A stretch of 64,000 bases of DNA from Myxococcota bacterium (GCA_965223705.1 OZ245015.1:1-64000), one strand, 5' to 3'; shown: positions 27,595 through 37,984, numbered from the stretch's first letter. Translations and numbers: made by a program. The notes: generated by a model from the sequence alone, not told the origin.

Positions 27595-29111
27595 AAGAGA
27601 AACGCGACGGACGCCTGGGTCCAATCGAGAGCGCGGAGCCAGGAGATCCACGCCATGGATCCCGCGTTGGGGAACACGCCGAGCATCACCCCAAAGAACG
27701 CGCAAACACCGAGGGCCCATCCTTCGCCCGACGCTACGCGGCGCGCATCGGGCTCCCCGAAACCGTCGTCTTTCATGAACATCAAAGCGATGACGCGGAT
27801 GTAAATGAGTCCCAGGACGACGGTCGCAAGCAGGGCGATGAGCGTCAGGAGAACGACGCCCGCATCGATGGACGACGAAAAGATCTGCAAGCGCGCGACG
27901 AAACCCGCGGTTCCCGGGGAGCCAGCCAAGCCGACCAGGAAGAAGGTCATAAACGCGGCGAGAACCGGTTGGCGATACGCCAATGCTCGGAAGTCGTCGA
28001 CCCGCAAAGCGCCCCCTTCCCGGCGCGACACAACCGCGACGACGGCCCACGCCCCGAGGCTCAGGAACGCGAAACTCAGGAGGTAGAAGAGCATCGCGCC
28101 GAATCCGGCGCGGGTCGTCGTCACCAACCCGAGCGACATGATCCCGAGATGTGCCAAGCCGAGGTAGGAAAAAAGGCGCGTGATCTGGGTCTGCAGAACG
28201 GCCATGGCGCAGCCGACGCTCATACTGAGCGCCGCGAGCGTCCACAGCACTTCCGGAAGGAGCGTGTCGCCCGCCGCGATACCGAACGCTTCGGTCGCCA
28301 AGCGCGCCAGCGCGATCAGCGCCGCGCAGCGAAACGTCACTCCGAGGTGGGTTGCGACGCTTGGCGACGCGCCCTGCTCCGCGTCGGGAGTCGACGCGTG
28401 AAACGGCGCCCATCCGATCTTGGCAGCGAACCCGCCGAGAACAAGCGCGGTGCCCAACGCCGCAACGGTTCCGGTGCCGCCTGCCAGGGCATCGCGGATG
28501 CCCGTGTAGGTCACTTGGCCGGTTGCGCCGAACAACAAGACGATTCCGAACAGGAGGATCGCGCTCGACAACGCTCCGTGGAGATAGATTTTGAGTGCGC
28601 CCTCCAACGCAGCGTTGCGGTCTTTGCCTTGCGCCACCAGGGCGTAGACAGGGAAACAAGCGAGCTCCATTCCGACGAACAGCGAAGTCAGGTGGGTCGC
28701 CGATTGAATGAGCAGCATCCCGGCGAGCGAGAGCAAAGACAAGGCAAAGAACGGCCCCGCTCTCCCGGGACGATCCGCCAAGGAGCGCACGGCTACGAGG
28801 CTTCCAAGCAGCGTGACCGCAATGGTGAGACATGCGCCGAACGTCGACAGCCGATCCACCCGGAGGAGCCTCGAGGTCGCGGAGAACGACGCGTAGCCGC
28901 CCTCACCCCACTGTTCCCACGCAAAGAGAAACGCCGTGACAAGCGCCGCGATGCTGACCGCGCCCATCAACGCCACCCGCCATGCTTCTGTGACCGTCCG
29001 CCCCAGCACCCGCTGACGATCTCGCAAGAATAGCTCCGCAATAAGAACCGCGAGGGCGCCCCCGACGACGGCCAGTACAGGCGCGATCACGTTCCATGCG
29101 ACCTCTGCCAT
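27591..29111 (-). CDS. NuoN-like antiporter subunit (divergent)
   Basis: GMEL, EGALK, AKIGWAPFH..TPD..QGA, LAG.PGTAGF. Confidence 0.8.
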   Translation of the reverse strand: MAEVAWNVIAPVLAVVGGALAVLIAELFLRDRQRVLGRTVTEAWRVALMGAVSIAALVTAFLFAWEQWGEGGYASFSATSRLLRVDRLSTFGACLTIAVTLLGSLVAVRSLADRPGRAGPFFALSLLSLAGMLLIQSATHLTSLFVGMELACFPVYALVAQGKDRNAALEGALKIYLHGALSSAILLFGIVLLFGATGQVTYTGIRDALAGGTGTVAALGTALVLGGFAAKIGWAPFHASTPDAEQGASPSVATHLGVTFRCAALIALARLATEAFGIAAGDTLLPEVLWTLAALSMSVGCAMAVLQTQITRLFSYLGLAHLGIMSLGLVTTTRAGFGAMLFYLLSFAFLSLGAWAVVAVVSRREGGALRVDDFRALAYRQPVLAAFMTFFLVGLAGSPGTAGFVARLQIFSSSIDAGVVLLTLIALLATVVLGLIYIRVIALMFMKDDGFGEPDARRVASGEGWALGVCAFFGVMLGVFPNAGSMAWISWLRALDWTQASVAFLF

Positions 29112-29113
29112 CG

Positions 29114-30694
29114 TCAGTGACACCCTTTCCAGTCGTGCTCGCGAAGAAGGTCTCTACGCGCCTTGTCTTCGATGACCGCGCACAGCTCGAGGATCGAGGG
29201 GTGGACGCGACGGAGCACGGGCTCGGGGTGGAAGCCGATCCACAGAGACGGGAGGAGGACGCCGGCGAGGAGCACGCGCTCGGCCCAACCGAAATGGAGC
29301 CCACTGACGCCGGGCGCGCGAAATGCTGCACGCCAACCGAAACGCATCAATACGACTGTGATCAGAGCGAGCCCGAAGGTCGCAGCGAGAGAGGTCTTCG
29401 GGTAGATGGGGTAGCTCGCCAAGAGCACGAGGAATTTCGAAACAAAAAGACTCGAACCGGGGAGGCCCGCCCCGACGAAGACGGCGGCGAGCAAGACGGC
29501 GACTCCCCCGTACAGAGGGATCGAGTGGGCGGGCTCGGAGGTTTCGCGTTGCAGATGTGAAGCGATCAGCGAGAGCCCGGCTGCGGCGAGACCGTAGGCA
29601 CACAGGAACAGAGCCGTGCCCTCTAAACCACCCCCGGTAAAACTGAACAAACCGATGGCTGCCAGGTGAAGCGACGCAAAACAAGCGAAAGCGATCACCC
29701 GACGCGCGTTGTCTTCCGCGAAAGCGACAATACCCCCGTAGAGGAGACCCACCGTACAGAGGAGAACGAGCGGGTAGGACCAAGCCAACACCGTGTCGGG
29801 GAAGAGCGGGAGCGCAAAGCGAAAGAAGCCGAAGGCGCCGAGAAGAGGCGCGATGGCGACCAGCAGGATCGCGGCACTGCGCGGTGCCCGGGAGCTCGCC
29901 TCGGAGAGCCAGGCGTGAGACGGAAACAAACCCATACGACTCGCGAGCGCGAGGCCGAATGCCGCGAACAGCACCGGCTGCGTCTTCCACCAAACCGCTT
30001 CGCCCCACAACGGAACCGCGAGCTCTCGCAACCCCTGCCCGGCCGCCCCGACAGGAGCGATGAAGTCGAGCGCGTGCCGCCCCTCCTCGAGCAACGGATC
30101 CGCGCCGAGCGAGGACAACACGATGATCGCGCCCAACATCGGGAGCGATCCGGCTAGCGCGACCCCCGCGAAAGGAAGTACCGCCTCCTTCGGCGCAGCT
30201 CTGCCACCCGACGCCAGCAGGAACGCAATGGGCAGGATCGACAGCTCCCAGAAGACATAGAAAAGCACCAAGTTGAGAGAACACAGCGCTCCCAACCAGG
30301 CTGTCTCGAGTGCGAGAAGGAAGAACGCTTGAAACTTGCCGCTTTCACAAATCTCGCGACGACACGCGATCCAAACCAACGGACATACCCACGAGATCAG
30401 GACGGCGATGACAAGCGCCACCCCGTCGACGCCCACCAAATAATTCGCTCCGAAGTTCGGCATCCACGGCGCGTACTCGATGAACTGGAAACTGACGTCA
30501 GCGGGCGCAAAAGCCGCCCACAACCGCAGGGAGATGACCGCGTTGACGACCGTTCCAGCGAACCCGACGAACCACCAGCCCACCATCGGAAAGGTGCGAC
30601 TGAAGAGTCCTCGCAACAGGAGCTCGACGCCGGCGAGTCCGACGGCGACGAATGCCGGCACGAAAATCAGCCAGCCCAGGGTCGCGGGAATCAC
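29114..30694 (-). CDS. NuoM-like antiporter subunit (divergent)
   Basis: W.P.FGANYLVGVDG, LFYVFWEL, FP.HAWL, GLPG; GTGA overlap with nuoL-like. Confidence 0.8.
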   Translation of the reverse strand: MIPATLGWLIFVPAFVAVGLAGVELLLRGLFSRTFPMVGWWFVGFAGTVVNAVISLRLWAAFAPADVSFQFIEYAPWMPNFGANYLVGVDGVALVIAVLISWVCPLVWIACRREICESGKFQAFFLLALETAWLGALCSLNLVLFYVFWELSILPIAFLLASGGRAAPKEAVLPFAGVALAGSLPMLGAIIVLSSLGADPLLEEGRHALDFIAPVGAAGQGLRELAVPLWGEAVWWKTQPVLFAAFGLALASRMGLFPSHAWLSEASSRAPRSAAILLVAIAPLLGAFGFFRFALPLFPDTVLAWSYPLVLLCTVGLLYGGIVAFAEDNARRVIAFACFASLHLAAIGLFSFTGGGLEGTALFLCAYGLAAAGLSLIASHLQRETSEPAHSIPLYGGVAVLLAAVFVGAGLPGSSLFVSKFLVLLASYPIYPKTSLAATFGLALITVVLMRFGWRAAFRAPGVSGLHFGWAERVLLAGVLLPSLWIGFHPEPVLRRVHPSILELCAVIEDKARRDLLREHDWKGCH

Positions 30695-32505
30695 GAGGCA
30701 CCCATGACGTACATCGCGATGGCGAGAGTCCCGAGGATCGAGAACGTGAGATACGTCTGAAACTGACCGCTGTGAAGCCGTTTGAGAAACTCTTCGCTGA
30801 TCCCCTCGAATGCGCGCGCGGAGCCACGCATGAACGTCTCCTCGAGCACGGCGCGATCGAGTGCGCGTAGCACGAAGCCGCGCGCGACGAGGCGGAGCGG
30901 GCGGAGAACGCCGTCTTTTGCCAAGCGATCGATCTGAAAATGAGCTTCGACCAGTCGCCGGAAACGTTGTACCGGCTCGGGGAGCCTCCGATTCGGCCGA
31001 CGCTCGAATAGATACGCGACGAGCGCCCCCGACGCTGCGACGGCCGTCGTGGAAACGGCGAGCCACTGACTCGACGCGGAATGAGCGGTGAGCGTGGACG
31101 GTGCCCCGAACCAACCCCCGACAACGCAAAAGACGGCAAGGCCGGCGAGCACGACGTGCTCGAGCTGACGGACGTCTTCGCGCAAAGGTTTTGCGGGGCC
31201 GGGCCCCGCAAAGGTTCTCAGGTAAGCGCGCATCAATCCGAAAGAGAGCCCCGCAACCGACAACAGCGAAACGTAATAGAGCGCCGAGCGCTCCGAGTAC
31301 GCAGCGGCGAGTAAGGAACCGCGCGACGAAAAACCGATCAGAAACGGGAAGCCCGCCGCGGCGAGGAAGCCGACGACGCAGTAGCGGTGGACCCGCGGCA
31401 GTCCGCGGCGCAAGCCGCCGACTGCTTCGAAGGAGGTACTTCCTTTTGTCGCGATCGAGATGGCCCGAGCGGAGAGGAACAGGAGAAGGAAGAACACGGA
31501 AAAGCCCGCAACGTGATGGAGTGCGGCCGCCACCGCACCGCTCGCGACCCCGACGAGCATCCATCCCAAATGGGTGCGGGTTGCCGTGACAAACACGCGA
31601 TCGATTTCGCGCACCACGGCTCCGACAAGCGCGGAATAAAGCGCCAGAAGTGCGCCGAACCACGCGAGCCAGACTGCCGCCGCGTCGACGTGCGCAAGGA
31701 CAGCGCTGAACCGAGCGAGGGGAAGCAATGTGCCGACGCCCGCGACAGCGATCATGAGAAATACCGTGCCGGCGATCGGGAGCGGCTTGTTCGGCGCCAG
31801 CCACACCAGCGAAGCTCGAATTGCCGCAGCGGCGGCAATGGCAAAGGCCGCACCGGTCACTCCTGGTTGGGCGGGAGCAAAACCCGAGTCAAAACGTGAC
31901 CAGAGCAGGGATTGGTGAGCTTCGGAAGCAAGAGCCGAAGACAACAAGAATGCCGCTACCAGGAGCATCACATCGGACAGTCCAAGCCAAGCCAAGGCCC
32001 TTGTTCCGGAACCTCCTTCCGAACCGATCCAGAGGAGGGCGAAGACACCGGCCGCCACCCAACCGACGTAGGCGACCATGACGTCGGCCGCGAGGATCAA
32101 CAAGAGAACCGCGGACGTTTCCGCCAGAACGAAAAGCGTCAGGCGGCGCCCCTGATCTCCGGGCAACGTGCGTGCCGCGAAGCAGCTGACGACCGCCGCC
32201 GACGCCAGCGCGAGCGACGTAAGGCCCGCGACCGGATCGAAACGCAGACTCATCTCGGCAGAGAAGCGGACCGATTCGAACCACGTAAAGAGAGGTGGGT
32301 CGTGCACGATCCGCTCTCCGGGGAGCGAGAACGTCAAGTACCAACCCGCTAGAGCGAGGATCCCGAAGACGCCTCCGGAAACCGCGACTCCGAAGTGAGC
32401 GGCGTAAGCTTTGCTCACGACGGGTTGCTTCCCGGCGACTCCCAACGCCCCGACGAACGGCAATACAATCGCAACGTAGAGGAGGACGAACTCAGAACCT
32501 ACCAT
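30691..32505 (-). CDS. NuoL-like antiporter subunit (highly divergent)
   Basis: LFTWF...LRFDP, GGLRRGLP, AAAGFP..GFSSR, C-terminal HSGQFQTY. Confidence 0.75.
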   Translation of the reverse strand: MVGSEFVLLYVAIVLPFVGALGVAGKQPVVSKAYAAHFGVAVSGGVFGILALAGWYLTFSLPGERIVHDPPLFTWFESVRFSAEMSLRFDPVAGLTSLALASAAVVSCFAARTLPGDQGRRLTLFVLAETSAVLLLILAADVMVAYVGWVAAGVFALLWIGSEGGSGTRALAWLGLSDVMLLVAAFLLSSALASEAHQSLLWSRFDSGFAPAQPGVTGAAFAIAAAAAIRASLVWLAPNKPLPIAGTVFLMIAVAGVGTLLPLARFSAVLAHVDAAAVWLAWFGALLALYSALVGAVVREIDRVFVTATRTHLGWMLVGVASGAVAAALHHVAGFSVFFLLLFLSARAISIATKGSTSFEAVGGLRRGLPRVHRYCVVGFLAAAGFPFLIGFSSRGSLLAAAYSERSALYYVSLLSVAGLSFGLMRAYLRTFAGPGPAKPLREDVRQLEHVVLAGLAVFCVVGGWFGAPSTLTAHSASSQWLAVSTTAVAASGALVAYLFERRPNRRLPEPVQRFRRLVEAHFQIDRLAKDGVLRPLRLVARGFVLRALDRAVLEETFMRGSARAFEGISEEFLKRLHSGQFQTYLTFSILGTLAIAMYVMGAS

Positions 32506-32801
32506 CGCAAACGACTCGCGGATTCGAGATCGGCAGAGCCGCGCGCGCGAACCCACGCCGCGATCAGAGCCGTCGCCACGGGAAGTTCGAGCACCGCGAT
32601 CACGACGACCAGAGTGGCCAAGCCGAGAGAAGAACCGGAGCTCTCCCAACGAGAGGCGTAGCCGACGAGAGCCAGAACGATTCCACCCGTTGTCAACTGG
32701 ACCGACATCCATGCGATCCAGACGTTGCGCCGGAGCAGTGCTCCCCCGATCCCGAGTCCGATCAGCAAGGCTGCGACGGCCAACGTGTGAGAAAGAGGCA
32801 C
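32499..32801 (-). CDS. NuoK-like subunit
   Basis: About 100 aa, 3 TM; IGGALLRRN, AVLE, ends SRLRW. Confidence 0.75.
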   Translation of the reverse strand: MPLSHTLAVAALLIGLGIGGALLRRNVWIAWMSVQLTTGGIVLALVGYASRWESSGSSLGLATLVVVIAVLELPVATALIAAWVRARGSADLESASRLRW

Positions 32802-33262
32802 TACGAATCCCGTCGCGCGCTGTCTTGCAGCGCGCTGACGGCGACGAAGGCCGCAGTGACCAGACAGGAACAAGCTCCGAGGGCGAGAAGGAGATCGCTA
32901 TCGAGGACCGGGTCGGACCTGCCCCGGCTCGGAGCGCGCAGTGCGATGCCCACGACCGCGGCGGTCCCGAACGCCACGACCCCGGCGCCGATCGCCCGGG
33001 CGACGCGTCGCCCGGGCCGCGCTCTCGGCGCGACCTCCTCGGCACCGATCGTGGCGACCATCAGGAGGAGACAAGCGCAGGAGTACGCGACGAGATGGAC
33101 AACGCCCACAAGTGCTGCGCCCGACAAGAGATACAAGCCCGCGAGCGCGACCATCGAGAGCCACAGGCGGGATGCGGCGCGCGCGGGGCTCTGCGCGAGA
33201 ACGACTCCGACGCCGCCCAACAACGCAGCCGCTGCGAGCCCGTAGGGCAGCCACGCCATCAT
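32801..33262 (-). CDS. NuoJ-like subunit (divergent)
   Basis: Hydrophobic; LAGLYLLSGA.LVGVVHLVAY resembles NuoJ TM2-3; lies between H-like and K-like genes. Confidence 0.65.
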   Translation of the reverse strand: MMAWLPYGLAAAALLGGVGVVLAQSPARAASRLWLSMVALAGLYLLSGAALVGVVHLVAYSCACLLLMVATIGAEEVAPRARPGRRVARAIGAGVVAFGTAAVVGIALRAPSRGRSDPVLDSDLLLALGACSCLVTAAFVAVSALQDSARRDS

Positions 33263-34275
33263 GCGGACGAGACCCACCAAGCGGTCCCCAGCGCGTTCAG
33301 AAACGCCAAGGGGATCACGGCCAACTCGACGCGCCCGAAGAACGGCGTCGATCGAGGAGCGGGAAGCACCGCTTCCGCGACGAAAAAGGCACTCATCACG
33401 ACCAAGGTTTTCGCGACAAATGCGCTCACGTGGATCACGGCGCAAATCGCAGTGCCGAGCCCGGTCCCCAGGAAGGACGCGGCTTCGATGATATGCGCCT
33501 GATCCGCGTACGGTACGGACCACGCCCCCATGTACAACGTGACGATCCAGGCCGCGATCAGGGGGCGCCACAGCAAACGCGTCGCGCGCGTCAGCTCGCC
33601 GTAGGGCCCCGACCGACCGTCCGGCACGTAGCTGCCGAAGAGCCGACACACGGTCAACGCGACAGCGACAAACAGCAAGCAGCCGATGGGTTGCAGCACG
33701 ATTCCCCAAGCGGGGAGCGGCGGGAGCGCGTCGGCGATCCGGATGACCCGATCCTGCGCGGCGGCGATTGCGGCCAGGCGCGTAGAGCCGAAGGCGATCG
33801 CAGTGCCCGCCACAATGAGGGTCCAAGCGGCGGCCGCCGCCAGCGAGAAGACCGAGCGGCCGGAGACCTTGAGCGAGCCCGCGGCGACCCAAGCAGTCGC
33901 CGTCGCGCCGGCCACCAGTACGAGTAGGCTGCCGGGGAGATCCGAAAGCGTGAGTTGGACCGTACCGACGCCAAAGCTATAAGCGCCACCGAACGGCAGC
34001 AGGGCGAACAAGGACGTCGCCCCCACAAAGCCCGCGGCAACGCCGAATCGCGAAGTGCCGCTGTGGTCGTACCCGCGCGTGTCGCTCTTCGCGGCGGCCT
34101 TCACCACGTCGGCGATCGGACGAAGGAGCCCGAACATCCGCGCGGTCGATAGCTCGATCCGATCCGGCAGCACGCGTCCTTCGACGAGCGCCGGGACCTT
34201 CCGAGAAAGCCAAGCCGCGCAGGGAAGGAAGAAGCCCAACACGACCAGGACCAAAACGATCGACGGCCCGATCAC
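33259..34275 (-). CDS. NuoH-like subunit (divergent)
   Basis: GLLRPIADVVK...K, LLPFG, IAAAQ, WGIVLQPIG, FVAK; ATGA overlap with the next gene. Confidence 0.7.
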   Translation of the reverse strand: MIGPSIVLVLVVLGFFLPCAAWLSRKVPALVEGRVLPDRIELSTARMFGLLRPIADVVKAAAKSDTRGYDHSGTSRFGVAAGFVGATSLFALLPFGGAYSFGVGTVQLTLSDLPGSLLVLVAGATATAWVAAGSLKVSGRSVFSLAAAAAWTLIVAGTAIAFGSTRLAAIAAAQDRVIRIADALPPLPAWGIVLQPIGCLLFVAVALTVCRLFGSYVPDGRSGPYGELTRATRLLWRPLIAAWIVTLYMGAWSVPYADQAHIIEAASFLGTGLGTAICAVIHVSAFVAKTLVVMSAFFVAEAVLPAPRSTPFFGRVELAVIPLAFLNALGTAWWVSSA

Positions 34276-34631
34276 GGACCCTCGGTCGTGGTTCGCGGGG
34301 GTACCCGACGGCGAGACGCGTATACGAAGCCGAGGAACCCGGGGATTCCGAGGGCCATCAACGCAGGCGTCGCCGAGCCGATCCGCGAAAGAGGCGCGAC
34401 CACGACCAACAAGAGGGCCGCCCCGACGACGAGTGTGAACAGAAGTGGAGTCGTCAACGCTGCGGAAGTCGCGGGCGGCTCCAAAGCCTCGTGGCGGCGC
34501 TCGGTGCGGGGGCCCGCCACGGGCCGTCGCCGACGCAGGGCAAGAAGGAACAACGCGGTTGCAACGCTCGCCGTCGCGACGAAGGTCGCAAAGGACGCGA
34601 GCTCACCGCGGGTGGCGAGCACTTCGGGCAT
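34272..34631 (-). CDS. NuoA-like small 3-TM protein (very divergent)
   Basis: 119 aa with 3 hydrophobic segments, ending GFVYASRR (cf. GLVYxxR); first gene of the cluster. Confidence 0.5.
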   Translation of the reverse strand: MPEVLATRGELASFATFVATASVATALFLLALRRRRPVAGPRTERRHEALEPPATSAALTTPLLFTLVVGAALLLVVVAPLSRIGSATPALMALGIPGFLGFVYASRRRVPPRTTTEGP

Positions 34632-34749
34632 ACCGTGCGCTAACCCCCCGTTAGAGCAGCGGAAACGCGGCGAACCTAGCCAGCGCTCGGAACGCCGTCA
34701 AGAAAAGGCGAAGCCGAGAAAAGGCGCACGCGCGGTGTAGACTCGGATC

Positions 34750-35754
34750 ATGGCCACTCCGATCGCGGTGCTCGGTGCGGGGAGCTTCGGGACGTGTCTC
34801 GCGATGCTCTGCGCGCGAAAACACGACGTGCTGTTGTGGGCTCGCGATCCGGAAGTTGCGAAATCGATCAACGAAACGCGTCACAACCCGCGCTACTTGA
34901 CCGACGTCGCGTTGCCGACGGGCGTGCGCGCGACCTCGAGCATCGAAGAGGCGCTCGAGGGGCGCGAGCTCGTCGTGGTCTCGGTCCCGAGTCACGGCGT
35001 GCGCTCGGTGATGACGAAAGCCCACACCTACCTCGATGAAAACGCGGTTCTGGTTCTGACGTCGAAAGGCATCGAAGTCGACACGGGCCTCACGATGGAT
35101 CGGGTCTTGCGCGAAGTGCTGGATCCGATTTTCCATCCGCGCATCGTCTCGCTCTCGGGCCCGTCCTTCGCGCGCGAGATCGCCGAGGAACGACCCACAG
35201 CGGTGACCCTGGCGAGCTACGACGAGACCTACGCCATCTCCGTGCAGGCGGAAATCTCCTGCCCGTGGTTCCGGTGCTACTCCCATGACGACGTGATCGG
35301 CGTCGAGATCGGGGGCGCGATGAAGAACGTCATCGCCATCGCCGTCGGCATGTGTGATGGACTCGGGCTGGGTTTGAACGCGCGCGCGGCGCTGATGACG
35401 CGGGGCTTGCGAGAAATGACGCGGCTGGGGGAGCGCCTCGGGGCGAATCCGCTGACTTTTCAGGGCCTCTCGGGAATGGGGGATCTCCTGCTCACCTGCA
35501 CCGGGGACCTGTCTCGAAACCGAAGTGTCGGACTCGAGCTCGGCCGCGGACGGAGCTTGGCGGACATCACGTCGGGGATGAACCAAGTCGCGGAGGGCGT
35601 GCGCACCACGAGCGCGGTGTGCCGGCTGGCGGACCAACTGGAAGTGGACATGCCGATTGCTCAAGCCGTACGCCTCGTGATCGAGGGACGCGCGAATGCC
35701 ACGGAAGCCGGCGGCATCCTCATGAGCCGACAGTTGCGCGCTGAACTCGACTGA
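34750..35754 (+). CDS. gpsA: NAD(P)H-dependent glycerol-3-phosphate dehydrogenase
   Basis: GAGSFGT, SKGIE, SGPSFA, GAMKNVIAI, GMGDLLLTC..DLSRN. Confidence 0.96.
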   Translation: MATPIAVLGAGSFGTCLAMLCARKHDVLLWARDPEVAKSINETRHNPRYLTDVALPTGVRATSSIEEALEGRELVVVSVPSHGVRSVMTKAHTYLDENAVLVLTSKGIEVDTGLTMDRVLREVLDPIFHPRIVSLSGPSFAREIAEERPTAVTLASYDETYAISVQAEISCPWFRCYSHDDVIGVEIGGAMKNVIAIAVGMCDGLGLGLNARAALMTRGLREMTRLGERLGANPLTFQGLSGMGDLLLTCTGDLSRNRSVGLELGRGRSLADITSGMNQVAEGVRTTSAVCRLADQLEVDMPIAQAVRLVIEGRANATEAGGILMSRQLRAELD

Positions 35755-35777
35755 ACCCGCCGGGTCTCGTACTCTGA

Positions 35778-35792
35778 TGAAATCGAATTTCA
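35778..35792. promoter_or_regulatory. Fur-like operator upstream of feoAB
   Basis: AT-rich palindrome TGAAAT-CGA-ATTTCA (7-1-7 type) about 50 bp upstream of feoA. Confidence 0.6.
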
Positions 35793-35843
35793 CTTTCACT
35801 TACGAGCGACGATGAATCTCCGAACCGCAGAACAGGTCGTTCG

Positions 35844-36107
35844 ATGAGCCGACCCGATGCGCGTGCGAACCTCGCGGCCCTTCGCCCGGGCGATGCCGCG
35901 ACGGTCACCGAAGTCGTCGCGGACGGTCCCATCGCGCAGCGCCTCTGTGACCTGGGGTTCTTGCCGGGCACCGAGGTGGCGTTGCTGCGGCGCGCGCCGC
36001 TGGGGGACCCACTGTGCTTCTCCGTTCGCGGGACCGAGCTCTGCCTGCGCGGGAGCGAAGCGGCACAGGTCCTCGTCGCACCGGCGGGGTCCGCGAAGCT
36101 CTCGTGA
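35844..36107 (+). CDS. feoA: Ferrous iron transport protein A
   Basis: RLCDLGFLPG...APLGDP...RG..L.LR. Confidence 0.92.
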   Translation: MSRPDARANLAALRPGDAATVTEVVADGPIAQRLCDLGFLPGTEVALLRRAPLGDPLCFSVRGTELCLRGSEAAQVLVAPAGSAKLS

Positions 36108-37984
36108 CCGCCGCCGCCCTTCGACTGGGCCTCCTCGGCGCGCCCAACTCCGGCAAGACCACCCTCTTCAACGCACTGACCGGTCTTCGCGCAAAAGTCG
36201 CGAACTACCCGGGAGTGACGGTCGAGCACCGCGAAGCCACCCTCGCGCTCGGAGATCGGACCGCCACCCTGATCGACCTGCCGGGGACCTACAGCTTGTC
36301 GCCCGTGTCCGCCGACGAGGCAGTCGTCTCCGATCTGCTGGCCGGACGTCTTTCGGGCAGCGCTCCGCCGGACGCGCTGGTGATCACGGCCGATGCGTGC
36401 AGCCTCGAACGCGGGGTGCTCTTCATCTCCCAGGCGCTGCGACTCGGTCTCCCGACGTGTCTGGTCCTTACGATGATCGACGAGCTCAGCGCTCGCGGGG
36501 GTCACATCGCACCGGAGGCGCTCGAAGTCGCACTCGGCATCCCGGTCGTGGGTGTCGTCGGGACCCGCGGCGTCGGACTCGATCGCCTGCGCGGTCTCTT
36601 GGATCGGCCGGAGGCGTGGCCGCGACCGGTCATCCGCCCTCCCGAGTCGGGTCCCGAACGCGACGGTTGGGGTCAATCCGTCCTCGGGCGCGGGGAATGG
36701 CGCGCCCCGGAGCCGCATCGCCCGTCCCGCCAAATCGATGCGGTTCTACTTCACCCGGTTTGGGGTCTTCTGATCTTCCTCGGCGTCATGCTGTTCTTCT
36801 TCCAGACCATCTTCGCCTGGGCCGCCCCGGCCATGGACGGGATCGACGGTGCGATCGGCGCCGCCGCCTCGGCGGTTCGCGGCGGACTTCCAGAAGGCGC
36901 GTTCGCGGACTTCCTCGCCGACGGCGTCATTGCCGGTGTCGGCTCCGTCGTGATCTTCCTGCCCCAGATCGTTCTGTTGTTCGCCCTGCTCACATTTCTC
37001 GAGGGCCTCGGCTACATGGCACGCGCGGCTTTTGTCGTCGATCGGGCGATGGCGCGGGTCGGGCTCGAAGGCCGCGCGTTCGTCGCCCTGCTGAGCTCCT
37101 ACGCGTGTGCAGTCCCCGGCATCATGGCCACGCGGACGGTCCCCTCTGCGCGGCTCCGCTTGGTCACCATCCTCGTCGCGCCGCTGATGACGTGCTCGGC
37201 CAGACTTCCCGTGTACGCACTCCTCATCGGAGCCTTCGTCCCCGCGACGGCCCACGTCGGCCCGCTCGGCGCCCAGGGACTTGCGCTGTTCGGGCTCTAT
37301 CTGCTGGGCGGTGTCGCCGCACTGGTCGCCGCACTCGTGTTGCGGCGCACCGTCGGGAAGGGCGAGGGCCTTCCCTTCTATCTCGAGTTGCCGTCCTACC
37401 GTTGGCCGCAGCCGCGCGTCGTCGCTTTGCAGGTGTGGGACCGGGCGAAGAGTTTCTTGAAGCGCGCCGGCACGATCATCCTGGCGGCTGCGATCGTCCT
37501 TTGGGTCCTACTGAACTTCCCGCGACAAGAGGGAGCGCCCGGCGTCGCGCCGGAGGAAGTCGCGCGGCATGCGATCGAAAACAGTTACGCGGGGCGGCTC
37601 GGGCATGCGATCGAACCTTGGATCGCACCCCTCGGTTTTGACTGGAAGATCGGCGTGGGCTTGGTTGCGAGTCTCGCCGCCAGGGAAGTGATCGTCGCGA
37701 CACTCGCGCAGATCTACGCGGTCTCCGATGCGGAAGAACGCTCCCTGCGAGACGCGGTGCGCAACGATCGCGATCCAGAAACGGGCGCTCCGGTCTTCAC
37801 GACCGCGACGGTGGCGTCGCTCCTCGTCTTTTTTGTGTTCGCGCTGCAGTGCACGTCCACGATTGCTGTAATCGCTCGAGAAACCCAGTCGTGGCGTTGG
37901 CCCGCCTTCGCCTTTGGCTACCTCTTGGTGCTGGCATATGCTGCAAGCTTCATCACGTATCGAGTCACCCTTGCAATCACGTAG
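36104..37984 (+). CDS. feoB: Ferrous iron transport protein B
   Basis: G-domain GAPNSGKTT, ANYPGVTVE, DLPGTYSL; membrane domain CAVPG, CSARLPVY, QCTST. Confidence 0.95.
   Translation: MTAAALRLGLLGAPNSGKTTLFNALTGLRAKVANYPGVTVEHREATLALGDRTATLIDLPGTYSLSPVSADEAVVSDLLAGRLSGSAPPDALVITADACSLERGVLFISQALRLGLPTCLVLTMIDELSARGGHIAPEALEVALGIPVVGVVGTRGVGLDRLRGLLDRPEAWPRPVIRPPESGPERDGWGQSVLGRGEWRAPEPHRPSRQIDAVLLHPVWGLLIFLGVMLFFFQTIFAWAAPAMDGIDGAIGAAASAVRGGLPEGAFADFLADGVIAGVGSVVIFLPQIVLLFALLTFLEGLGYMARAAFVVDRAMARVGLEGRAFVALLSSYACAVPGIMATRTVPSARLRLVTILVAPLMTCSARLPVYALLIGAFVPATAHVGPLGAQGLALFGLYLLGGVAALVAALVLRRTVGKGEGLPFYLELPSYRWPQPRVVALQVWDRAKSFLKRAGTIILAAAIVLWVLLNFPRQEGAPGVAPEEVARHAIENSYAGRLGHAIEPWIAPLGFDWKIGVGLVASLAAREVIVATLAQIYAVSDAEERSLRDAVRNDRDPETGAPVFTTATVASLLVFFVFALQCTSTIAVIARETQSWRWPAFAFGYLLVLAYAASFITYRVTLAIT

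Noticed and set aside
27288..29033. 581-aa plus-strand ORF and other long Arg/Pro-rich antisense ORFs (e.g. 2485..4158, 7507..9432, 43742..45247)
   Set aside because: Antisense or alternate-frame shadows expected in high-GC DNA; the opposite frame carries the recognisable protein.
27591..34631. Mrp antiporter or hydrogenase membrane module
   Set aside because: The order A-H-J-K-L-M-N with a NuoH-like gene matches nuo; no MrpE/F/G or hydrogenase subunits are present.
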